Both the position numbers and the translations under genes were made by a program. A stretch of DNA of 62,858 nucleotides, counting the filler, from Sluysia triapertura (Eukaryota), in NCBI GenBank assembly GCA_046118255.1. It is 5 parts of 5 records of this genome, joined end to end, with 100 filler letters (N's around TTAATTAATTAA, not from the genome) between each part and the next. Parts side by side here need not be neighbours in the genome. Positions count along the whole stretch, not along the records: positions 33,892 to 51,382 come from JBJNIA010188499.1; positions 51,483 to 62,858 come from JBJNIA010185424.1; 3 more parts are not named here. One strand, 5' to 3'. The notes under the pieces are model-generated. The model saw nothing but the letters and a program-made list of their open reading frames with translations. It made no database searches and was not told the DNA's origin. Of this stretch, positions 41,664 through 53,049 are shown one piece after another (position 1 is the first letter of the stretch; every line of letters starts with the position of its first letter).

Positions 41664-41859
41664 AATAGTTTTGTCACGGTGCATAAGCTACTTAAACCAT
41701 TAAACCAGAATAATTCATTATGCTGGTATTTTATATAAATTATCTTATATTGAACAGCAAATTACCTGTTATATACGCTTTATACCAATTCTGGAGACAT
41801 ATTATTAGGGTTTTATGCTCAAAAAATTTTATTAGTTAACTTTCTGACTGATGCAACTA

Positions 41860-44430
41860 AATAAGATTAAGTTATAACTCTTCAATTTCAGATTTTAGCA
41901 AGTTTGCACAACCCTATATTAAGGTGTTGTCGCTAAAAAATATATTACACAACTCTCTTACTGAGATGTTGTATCGAAAAGGATATTTTATATATTTTTC
42001 ACAACCCTTTAATTAAGGTGTTGTTTATATAAATGAAATTTTAATATCTTATTAGGTTGCACCGTTCTCCAAAAAACTGCTAATATTTAAATAACTAAGG
42101 AAATCGCTAAGAACTACTTTATTTAGACTATTACAAAAAGACGTATAACAATTGCTATTCAAAATTATAATTAAAATAGTAATTTAAATCGACTCGACAA
42201 CTGGTCGGTTGTTAATATTAGTTCAGTTAAATAATTTCCCAACCCTATATTAAGGTGTTAGTACAAAAATAAAATAAGTTTGAGTAGGATTTTAATATTC
42301 CCTCTTAAGGTTAATATATAAAACTTATAAAATAAAAAATTACTTGTTAATTTGTGTTGACATCATTAAAAAAATTTTTAAGCTTAAAGAACTTTATCTT
42401 GATTTCAAAAATTTCTTCTTGTCCCCAGATGGCTTAATGTTTCTCTATTTATACTTACTCTTGTGTAAAAATTTTATACAAAATCTTACTTTAAACAAAA
42501 TTGATTTATATTTAATTTTTTAAATTTAATTTTTTAATTTATACTTTATATTTTATTTATATTTAATTTTTTAATTTATATTTTATATTTTTATTTTAAG
42601 TATAATAATGATATTTATAAAATAAAATTATAGGAAATTATAAATTATAACAAAACATAAAATTTTTACATCTTTACACATATAACTCACACAAACATCT
42701 TCTTCATAAAAATTTCCATCGAATTCCAATCCGGTCATGTAAAATTGCCGCAGCATTGCATTTTTCTAATCATTACTTATTAATTTCAAATATCTATCAT
42801 CTTCTTCATCACTATCTATTATTTTTTATTGATGGTGCTTGGTTCCTCGAATTCCTTGTTTCTTCTTTTCTAATAATTATCTTTTTTGTAGTTTATTCTC
42901 TGTTTTCATTATAATCTTCTGGTTCCTTACAATATTTATTGTAGTTACAATTTATTTGTCCTTTATTGTTCTTTGTGTCACCAAATTTTACTTCGATATC
43001 TTGTTAATGTAAAATTATCTTATTAAAATTTTGTCTTATTAAGTATTTTGTCTTAACTTTTTACAATTTCTTGCATAATGTCCATTTTTTTAATACAGTT
43101 TTCGCAAATTATTTTTCCTTATTTGTTTGTTTATGTCTTATAAATTACTATTACCCCTATTTCTATAACTATTTTGGTTATTAATGCTGAAGTTAGGTTC
43201 GTAGCTCGTAGCAACAGAATTGTCTTATTTTTGTTTCCAGAGTAGTTATTACTTCTTATACTAAAATTGTTTGGATTAGCCACATATTTATTCGATTAGA
43301 CTCTTCATGGTCGTATCTATTATTATTATTCGAGTTATTATATCTACTACGAGAATTACAAATATATTCCAAGTTTGTTTATATCTATCACTTATTTCTT
43401 TATAAATTTGGATCGCCGATCCAGTTAAATAATTTTGAATTCTTGATTTTCTCGGCTTCATTCCAGCTGTTAACTGCGGTGATACTGTCATTTTCAAATA
43501 AAAAGTAGCAGAGATCCTCATCTCTTCCATTAAATTCACGCATTTTTAGAAGAACCATGCTAGGCCATATGTCTCTGCCCAGTTGAAATACACATTTCTT
43601 AAATTGCTTTTTCTGCGAAGTTTAAGTTTATGATTTTTATGAGGAGAGTTTTATCTATTTTTAATTAAATCAAAAAGTAAAATCTTTTTATCAGAAATAT
43701 ATGAAGTTAAATTCAAATTCAAATGTCAAAAATTATTAAAGGTAGATCAAAGTAACAATTATCAAATGTCAAAATATCAATTTAACTTATTTTTCAAATT
43801 AAAATATAAAAACGAAAAACTAAATAAACTTATGTAAACAACTTGTCAGAGTGTATTTTGTAGCTTATAATTTATATTCTTGTATAATTTATATATTTCT
43901 TTTTTGTGTATAAATAATTATTTTTATTATAATAAATTTTAAATAAAATAAATTTTAATTTAAAATAAAATTTAACTTTTAAAATATGAATCTTAAAATT
44001 TCAAATTTCAAATTTCAAAAATTACTTTATTAAAATTTTAAAATGTGAATTTTAATATTTAATATTTATTTTAAATAAAATAAAATTAAAAAAATTAATT
44101 AAAAATAAAATTTTCTTTATTTTCTTTAAATAAATTAATTTAATAATTAAAAGACATCTTTCAAAATGGAGTAAATCAATTTTATATAAATAGGTAAGTT
44201 TTTTAACATAAATTGGCACAAAATGTTTTAGACAAAATTTATATAAAAGTTTTTCAGAAAAAGTTTTAGAATACATCAATTTTATTTCATGTTTTCCAAG
44301 TAATTTTTTATTGTTAGGATTTGCCTATTCACCTTAAATTCATTTTTATTTTCAAGCAACACCTTAACATGGGTTGCGTAACTTATTTTTAAAATCTTTT
44401 AAAACTGCCAACCGAGGTTGAGCTACTTAA
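41860..44430. mobile_element. inverted-repeat element with subterminal palindromic repeats (CMC/EnSpm-like architecture)
   Basis: CAACCCTATATTAAGGTGTTG-type motif at 41909, 42002 and 42240 (+) and at 44357-44376 (-), with homologous flanks. Exact termini are unresolved. Confidence 0.55.
42660..43558 (-). pseudogene. decayed Gag-like ORF with a CCHC zinc knuckle
   Basis: With one frameshift it reads MREFNGRDEDLCYFLFENDSITAVNSWNEAEKI/RIQNYLTGSAIQIY, a Ty3/gypsy capsid-type motif. CENCIKK/GHYARNC lies at ~43065-43105. Confidence 0.7.
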
Positions 44431-45599
44431 TAAACTCATTATTGATATTATAGTTTTATAAAAATCTTTGTAAGAATTTTAATTTTTTTCTTTGTTGATA
44501 ATGTTGGGATAATGTTGATAATATTAATTATATTAAATCAATAACAATTTAATTAACAAAAAATTAATTATTTACGTATCCTATATGTCAAAAATGAATT
44601 ATCAATGATTTTCTTTCTTCAATAATACTAATTATTTCCCCAAACTAATTGTTTAAAAAAAAGAAAATCAAATTAAAGCAACAACATAATTTACTGATTA
44701 AACAAAAATCAATTACAAATTCGTATTATTACAAATCTTTATTAGGCACTACTAAAAGTGATTAAAACAATGACAAATTAATATTATCACAAATTAAAAT
44801 TAGGCTATGCCAAAAATGATTGAATTAATTACAAATAAATATGATTATAAATTAATATTATCACAAATTAATATTATTATAAACCTTTCAATGAAATATT
44901 CAATAATTAAAATTAATATCAGTAACAATAAAATATTCGTAGTTAAAATTAATATTATAAACAAAATAAAATAAATTAAAAAGTCGAATTTTAATTAATG
45001 TTTAATTTAACTTGATGAAATTTCCATATTTAGAATGATGAAGAGATGATGAGTTGGATATGGAGTGATTGCTATGAAATAAAAGAATCCAAAAATGAGG
45101 TTGAAATGTTTGTGAAATGTTCGTTTGGGAATGAGAACCTTATACAAAATTAAGAGTGAGGAATTGAAGATTAATTAAAATGTAAAAACTAAAGTTAAAT
45201 TCATTATTTTTAAGTATGTCAATAATAATAATAATAATAATTCTTATTTTGATGTAAGAAGTGATTCATGAAAAACTAGATCGAGTAGAGTAGAAGAAAA
45301 AAATTAAGATTTGATTGTTAATCGAATTTTTATGTACTGCTTGATAGGTTATACCATGTAAATGTTAAAGGCATTATGGTTTAAAAGAGGTTTTGATGAC
45401 TTGTGTAAGAGTAATTCCTGATTGTGAATTTGAGAGTGATTGGACGATACAGAGATATAAAAGCGAATACTTAAAAAATTTTCAACACAATCAATCGTAT
45501 TACTATGGTAATGTTTTTTCATCTTAATTATTTTATTATTTTTATCATTAAAAAAATAAATTAATAAATAATTATTGGGAAATATTTTTAATAATAATT

Positions 45600-45880
45600 T
45601 TTTAATTTATTGACAAATGAATCTGATTGTTTTGGGAGGATCCCTGCCTGAATTATTTTGAAGTATTTTGAGTTATTATTTAATTTTTATCTTAATTTCA
45701 ATTTTAAATTTTTTTGTAAGTAATTGATGAATTTATTTTTTGGAGGCTCCTTGTCCGTATTATTTTGTAACTTTTCTGCTATTAAGATTGTTCGAATATA
45801 TATAATTATTATTGTTATTTTCAGCTTTTTAGATATTGATATTTTAATTTTGTTGCGTCACCTCTGGTTTCTTTGAACAG
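45600..45880 (-). repeat. dispersed repeat, inverted copy of 39270-39560
   Basis: See partner. The GGA(G/T)CCTCC motif occurs twice here. Confidence 0.65.
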
Positions 45881-46729
45881 AATATTGCGTGCTTAATATC
45901 GTTAAAAAACAAACTATTGCTAATTTTGAGATTTAATCAATTTATTCATATTATTGTATTTGATTTTTGTAGTTATTATAGTAGTGAGTTATTGTTATTA
46001 ATTTGAAAATAAAAAACGAAACTTTTGGGTTGAATAAATATCATTATTAAAATAAAAAAATATGTGATAAGTTATACTTGATCTAGGAAATATTGAAATA
46101 GTTTGAGATTTTATTTAATTAAATTAAATTAATATTGGATTATTGTTATTATTGATTTAAGACGCAATTGTACTGGTTAATTGAATTTGTAAAGACTTTA
46201 ATTTATAATTAGAATCTGTAGTCATTCTGTGAACATTGAGAGTTCATTGCAATTAAAGAATAATCAATAATTTGTATCTATTTTACGATTACTGAAAATA
46301 TATCGAAATTTTGAACTAATTTAATTATTAAGTTATTGCTAATAATTTTAAATAAAGACGTAACATAATTTAAAGACACAAAATTTAAATCCTTATTTAA
46401 AATAGGATTGATAATGAAACTCGAGAGATTAAAAGTTTTCGCGGTAATAAATAATTTATATCAAGGTAATAAATACCTCATTTGAAATAGTATTTTCATT
46501 ATATAGTATTCTTTTTATTTTTAACAAAACTTAATATTTAAATGATTCTAATAAGAATAATGTTGTGGTTGTTGATAAGTGATAAATTTTAAATTATCCA
46601 TTAAATTCCTTTGATCAAAATTTAAGTTTAAATAGTTATTTGCTCTTCGGTTAACATAGAATCCACTAAATTTTATCAAAAGTTTATTTTTTAAAATTAA
46701 AAATCTAAAGTTATCTTTAAATTTTTGTT

Positions 46730-48055
46730 TTACGAAGAATAAATAAAATCCACATAAAATTTATTTATAATTATTTTAAATTCCATGTAAAGTCTTTTGT
46801 ATGTGCCCCTAATATGATTCCACTTTCCACTATCTGAATAACAAATATAGATTATAATATTATCACCGTAAGTAAAAGAATTAATTACTTTTTGATCGTT
46901 CATGATAAAGTTGTTGGTAGTAGAAATCGTATTCAATGAACTAAAACTCTTGAATAGTTCTGTAATTCTAAGACAATGATAGTTGTAGCTTGAATCGTTT
47001 TTCTTGGTAGACCTCAATTCGTAGACTACATGAGAATTGCAGCAGTCTATTCCACTCATTAGACATACGCCATTGTTGTCGGTACCGAATGGACAAAACG
47101 CCTTCTCTTTGGAATGACTTGACTGGAATCTGCTAAACTGACATGTATATTTTCTCGGATATTTAATAAAATTTTGTTTAATTTCAGTGTCATCAAACTC
47201 TTCATTAAGAGTAACATCTTTGTTATCATTAAATTCATAATTATCATTAAGATCATAGTCATCATCGTTAGCTTCATAATCTTCATCATATTCATCATTA
47301 TCATCGTTAACCATGGTAGGTCCGACATACTTTAATCGGTCATCATTGCTTAACAAATGTGACTCCACTAAATTTTCATATCCGTAAATTTCAATTATAT
47401 TGCGTTGCGTGTTCACAGCATATTTGCATTTTGCTTCATTTCTGGAAATTACCTTTCTATATGGTTTACAATGGATGAAAATATTATCACACACAGTATC
47501 ACGCATAGTGATTCTTTTTACGTGCTTTCTTAAATAAGGGATAATTAGCCTTATTTTTATCAACGTGTTGTAGACTGAAGTAACTCCCTTGATTCAGAAT
47601 ACTGTGTTCTGGAATATTACCAATTTCTTGTAAGCAAATTGGCGTCAGAATATTTCGATATAATTTATTCGACAGACAAGGAGATAACTTAAATAAATGT
47701 ATTGCTGACTTTTCATTAATAGCATTATTTTCATTATAGCTCTCTGACAGAACTTTTTCGATTTGATTTCGTACCCATTATACTCTTTTCTGATCATATC
47801 GATTAACATAAAAACAGTTTCTTCGAAAGCTTTCCCATCTACTACAAGCATGTGATGCTTAAATTGTACATCAATATTTTTAATATGAGCGTAATGTAAT
47901 AACTTCATTAATTGTCGTCTTGATGTGTTGTATTATTATAAGCCAGAGGCATGTCGACATAATAATAAGCAACGGTGGATTTTATCATAGAATTACACAT
48001 ACCCACTTCATCAATTATCTGATTTACAGTTAATAAATAGACACTTGAATTCCTG
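46730..48055 (-). pseudogene. disrupted gene of unknown function with an acidic tract and Cys/His cluster
   Basis: Consecutive minus-strand ORFs of 87 and 277 aa with coding-like composition, a D/E-rich tract and CPFG..CLMSGIDCCNSH. Acceptor ttttacag at ~48053. Confidence 0.5.
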
Positions 48056-48434
48056 TAAAATACAATTCAAAAATTTTGGTGGATCTGGAAAGAAATAAAA
48101 TATAAAAATGGTTGTGAGAAGTGTTGAAAAGGATATGGTATTAGTTATATTGAATTAAATTGCGAATTTAGAAATTAAGTTGTTGATTTTGGAGGTGAAT
48201 GTTGTGTTGGCAAAAACGTATGTAAAAAGAATGTTTTTGATGGATTTTTGAGAATGTGTAATATAAATTTTTTAATAAAATTTATTAAGATTATAGGTTG
48301 GCCACCACAAGTTTATTTTCAGTTTATTAAACATTGTTCAGAAGTGTGCAATTGTGAAAATAAGTATGATGTTGTGCCCGGGTTATCTAACAGCTTATTT
48401 TGATAACATTAGTATTGTTAAAATTAATAACAAG

Positions 48435-48565
48435 GAAGCTTGTGAATCCTCAAAAAACAAAGGCATTGAATTAGATCATAATCGGTTTTTAATATTACAA
48501 GGCGAAGTTGAATCAATTGTATTAACGAAACCAAAAAGCTACAACTGAAAATGATGATGGACATT
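48435..48565 (+). pseudogene. SMC4: SMC4 (condensin) head-domain fragment
   Basis: KGIELDHNRFLILQGEVESIVLTKPK/ATTENDDG, compared with SMC4 HGIDLDHNRFLILQGEVEQIAMMKPKGQTEHDEG. Frameshifted, with non-coding flanks. Confidence 0.9.
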
Positions 48566-48918
48566 ACAAGTTCAAATGGCTTTAAAAGTTGTCTAGAGCA
48601 GTTACATAAAAATATTGATGAATTAAGATTTAAGAACAAAAAAATGAATTTTAAAGTATACGCAATGAAGCTGTAAAATACTTTAAATTATGCAATGAAA
48701 TTATGGTACGTAAAAACAGTAATTATTATATTCAAAGTTTATTGAATTTTATTACTCTTGACACTTAATGCGGAAAAATCTATCTTTAAACTTTTAAAAT
48801 CACACATAAATCAATTGATTTGATTTCTCAATTTGAAAAGCATGTTTTGCAGATCACGAATGATGAAGAAATAATTTATTGAAATAATTATTAAATAATT
48901 TATTATTGAAATAAATCG

Positions 48919-50577
48919 TTAACTTATATAAATGATATATTTGGGAGTTGTCTTGCACTCCTGACACCATCTTGTGGTGTTAATCTTTTTGGTGCACCAA
49001 ATTATGAGTTTTATAAATTTGAATTGTGATGTGTGATTTTTTGAATAATGTTTTGATAGGAGTTTCAAAACTAAATTCGTAAATTTAGAACTTATCTTCG
49101 AAATATAAATTAGATTTGAGGACGTACAATCGTTTTTATTAAGGAAGATGAGGCCAAATGGTATATTTAAGATCAAAAATGTGCATAAAGAATCTATAAG
49201 ATAATTTCCTGATCCAAAATATGAAGTGCGTTAAGGGATTGTATTTATTTCCTTATTAATTTCTATTATTGTGATATCTAAGAATCTATTACGGATCTCA
49301 TAATAAAAATTGGAATTACTTAAATTATAGTTTGTGTCAAATTTGGGTTTGAATTCAAACTTTTGAATACATTCTAATATTTTATTTATATTAAGAATTT
49401 TCTTATAAGATTTATTAATCAAAATTGAAGACCTAATATCAAAATTTATTAATGAATAAATAGGGTTATTTATATAAAGTTTTATTACATAAAACCAGAC
49501 AACCCGAAACTTAATAATAATTGCTTTAGAATAGCCATCATGCTCCAACCGACAAAATTTCATGAACCCAATTTCTCCTACAATGACTAAAAAATAGTAA
49601 AATAAATAAATCAATTTAAAACTTACAAAACTACCGTTGAGTAAAAATTTACTAAATTTATCTGAAACAACGCTGGTGTCTTCGAATAATGGTATAACTA
49701 ATTGTCTATTATTGAATAACGTGATGCAAACTAGAAACATATATTCCCGATTATCATTGTATTTTACAACATCTCTAATACCTAATTCATTTAATCCATG
49801 TGGAATTGAATGGTTATTCGATATCTCCAAAACGCAAACTAAAAAGACCGAAATCGTATGAGTTCCGATTGTCACGCAATGATTTGTCAGAATACTTCTC
49901 ACTTTGACATACAATAGATTGTGGTTCTTGAAATATCTATTTCTTAGTGTTTGAGGTTCAATTGGGATGAATTTAAATCTCAGATTCACTAATTCATACT
50001 GATGTCGCGAAAACTTAATTATCAAATCATCGGGATTCATATCTAATATAACATTTGAATATGAATGACATCGCATTAAACTTAAGTGGTTTATTTCATG
50101 ATGATCTGACAGGACATAATCGTAAATATTAGACTGCAACGATTTTGGAAAATGGGCCCATTTCTTTAATATTACAGGTTTTGAGAATTCATGTTTTAAC
50201 CGAAATGAGTTCCAGCCATCTATATTGCTCTTGGAGATTGACTTAAACATGAATAGGCACAAATTGTCTACTTTATCGCTGTTGTTAACTTTGTTTAAAA
50301 ATAACACTGGATTGTTTAGTTCATCAAATAAGTTCTTTGTTAAATAAGAACTGTACACTTTAAGGTCTTCGATTTTTGACATGATAGTTGATTCGTGAAC
50401 TAATTTTACACTATCGCTGACTGATACAAGGTATGAAAATTCTTTATCATTTTGTTTCATATCAATTGTTAACATATGATGATTAGAATTAACTAAAAAG
50501 CCAGTTAAGATATGCATTGAGAACAACGTTAATTTTACATCCATAATAATAAATTGCATAATAAGATCTTCATCCAT
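48919..50577 (-). pseudogene. divergent POT1/RPA1-like multi-OB-fold gene with one in-frame stop
   Basis: The 448-aa and 85-aa ORFs are in the same frame, separated only by TAA at 49231-49233. KFSRHQYELVNLR resembles POT1 NFTTEDHKMVEALR, and IVGEIGFMKFCRL is OB-like. C-terminal WCTKKINTTRWCQECKTTPKY is zinc-ribbon-like. Possible in-frame 48-nt intron at 49587-49634. Confidence 0.45.
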
Positions 50578-50743
50578 CTTGATATTTTGATCGAAGGAAA
50601 TTTTTCTTTTTCAAAATTCAATCGTTGTCTGTACTCTCCCTGTTCTATTCACTGTATGGATTTTTAAAATTGAGTTTTTGTCTGGAAAAATATTGTTATT
50701 TTTCTGTCTGTCTGACAAATTTTTAGATTCTAAAATTAGTACA

Positions 50744-51350
50744 CCCAATCAGAGTAATTTTTAGTAAGGCAGAAAATAAGCGTTGTGATTGGGTTGTGAA
50801 TTAATTTGGTCTACATGTAAAACTAATAACCATAATCAGTAGTGATGTGTAGACGGCAATAATGACTGAAGTGTCACTACTGAAGTGCAAGAATAATAAT
50901 AACAGTATCAATAATAATAAAATAGTAAAACTATTGTTATTATTATTATTATTATAAAGATTCATAAAAAACGCATAAATCTTTTACAATCTGTAACACG
51001 AACTAGTTCTTTATATTCTTTATATTCTACATATACATGAGATAAAAGGAAATAAGACAATTGTTGTACTGTGAAGGAACAAGAGTAACACAGTGTATAA
51101 TGCATGATCGGCAATTACTGCTTCACAGTATGATAATGAAATCTTTAAAGTTATCTTAAATTTGTTTTTAAGAGATGTAATGGTTTAGGTTGTAAGTGAA
51201 ATAAAAAATGTTAGAATAATTTATTGAAACTTATAGAAGGTTTATATTTTGAAAACGAGATTTATGCATTAGATAGAATGATTTAAAATGCTTATTGACA
51301 GATTAAAGTTATTTTAATTTTAAATGATGATTACAAAATAAGTCTTAATA
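50744..51350 (-). repeat. promoter-like module, copy 2 (inverted homolog of 36190-36880)
   Basis: See partner. The CCAAT-containing end faces the ORF starting at 50577. Confidence 0.85.
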
Positions 51351-51382
51351 TATCATAATGTTATTGCGAGTAATTGTGAATG

Positions 51383-51482
51383 NNNNNNNNNNNNNNNNNN
51401 NNNNNNNNNNNNNNNNNNNNNNNNNNTTAATTAATTAANNNNNNNNNNNNNNNNNNNNNNNNNNNNNNNNNNNNNNNNNNNN
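51383..51482. other. artificial contig-joining spacer
   Basis: N44-TTAATTAATTAA-N44. Confidence 0.97.
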
Positions 51483-51617
51483 TTATTGTTCAGATGAATC
51501 ATAATTATAATTTATTTTATAAAACAAATACTTAATAAAATTATTGTTCAGATGAATCATAATTATAATTTATTTTATAAAACAAATACTTAATAAAATT
51601 ATTGTTCAGATGAATCA
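51483..51617. repeat. 58-bp tandem repeat at the contig start, about 2.3 copies
   Basis: TTATTGTTCAGATGAATCA starts at 51483, 51541 and 51599. Confidence 0.95.
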
Positions 51618-51699
51618 AATGTGTTTTAAGCAAATAGAATTTATCTACATTCTTCGTCACTATCTTTTAGAAGTATCTCAAGATTGTTTAATGGAATTG

Positions 51700-52500
51700 A
51701 GAAATATTTTCATAATCATTATAGCACATGTTCATTTCATCATCTTCATTAATAGATCCTCGGTTGTAGTGCCTTCCCGTATAATGTCGTCCTTTGCTCC
51801 ATCTATTGCATTTGAAATTGTACATTTCTTAAAATACCTTACACTGATTTCTTTATGGAGTTTTTCTCATTCTTCTACAATCCACTAACATATGGTATGT
51901 AGTTCTGTTTTATGCATCTGGCTTGCAGCAATTAATGCATGATTGTCTGATTGAATCCAAGTGCTCCACTTTCGTAGAAGGTCATCTTTCATTGATTAAT
52001 TGATGTCTAAAGGCTGAAAGATTGAATTCATTTCTTCTGGACTAACTACTAAATCTGACTTTTGATGACCTAGGATAGTTTTATTTTTCGACATCAGAAT
52101 TTATCCAATATAAGAACCTGATGAGTTAAAGCAGCACTTGGACGTCTTTACCCAATATTTTATTATTTTATAATCAAACCAACATTTGGGTGTATTTGAC
52201 AATTACTGCATCCGGATATTGTAGGTATGGAAGCGTTTTTCTGTTGAAAACATCATACTGAGATAATTTTCCACCATTAGAATTACAGAATAGCATTGTA
52301 GTTGTTGCGTTAAAGTATAAATCAAATGAGTGATACTTAATCTGCTTTTCCAATTCGAGTCAAGTGGTATCCGCAGTATCGAAACTGCTATGTGGTCCGA
52401 TGTCACATATGCCCCATAAAACATGAAACATAGTGTTTTGATAAAACTGCTTTCAAAAAATGTAAAGTCTTGAGTCTTAGCTGCATGATTGCCATATGTT
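51700..52500 (-). mobile_element. pogo/Tigger DDE transposase remnant
   Basis: SIFQPLDIN*SMKDDLLRKWSTWI...IC*WI...YFKKCTISNAIDGAKDD matches the POGK-type QPLD and FKKCGISNALDG.EDD motifs. Confidence 0.85.
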
Positions 52501-53049
52501 TCAGCTCTAAATAAGCCCATTTTGGGATTAGAAATATTTATTTAATATAATTAATATTTAAAAAAGTATGCATTATTAAATATACTTAAGTAATTTATAA
52601 AATTAATATCAATGAAAAAACAATGCGTATAATGCGTGACAACTTAATTTTTTCATGATCTCAGAAATTAAAAGAGCTTATTTTTTATTTATGACCAAAT
52701 GCGGCATCTATGTACACATTAAAAATTTCAAAAAACCTATACATATATTAATTTATGTGAGAATTACCTCCGAATTATTGATGATCTAAAAGGTTGTGAT
52801 TGGGTCTCAAGTAGACACATACGCATGTACTTATAGGAACAAAAGAAAAGGTTCCTAATAAATATCAAGAGCCTTTTTTTAAATATAACTGAAAACAATT
52901 AGTAAGTACTTTAAGATATTGAGTACTTGTAACAATTTAACAGTATTTTTTCACTTGAAAACAGGTTTATTAAATTAGTACACCTTTATAACTTTAAAAT
53001 AATGATTAAAGCATTCTGAATTAGCATTGTTATTTAAAATAATACATTT

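Noticed and set aside
46730-50577. Endogenous DNA-virus gene block
   Set aside because: I recognised no capsid, polymerase or packaging-ATPase motifs. Splice signals and host-gene similarity fit cellular pseudogenes better.
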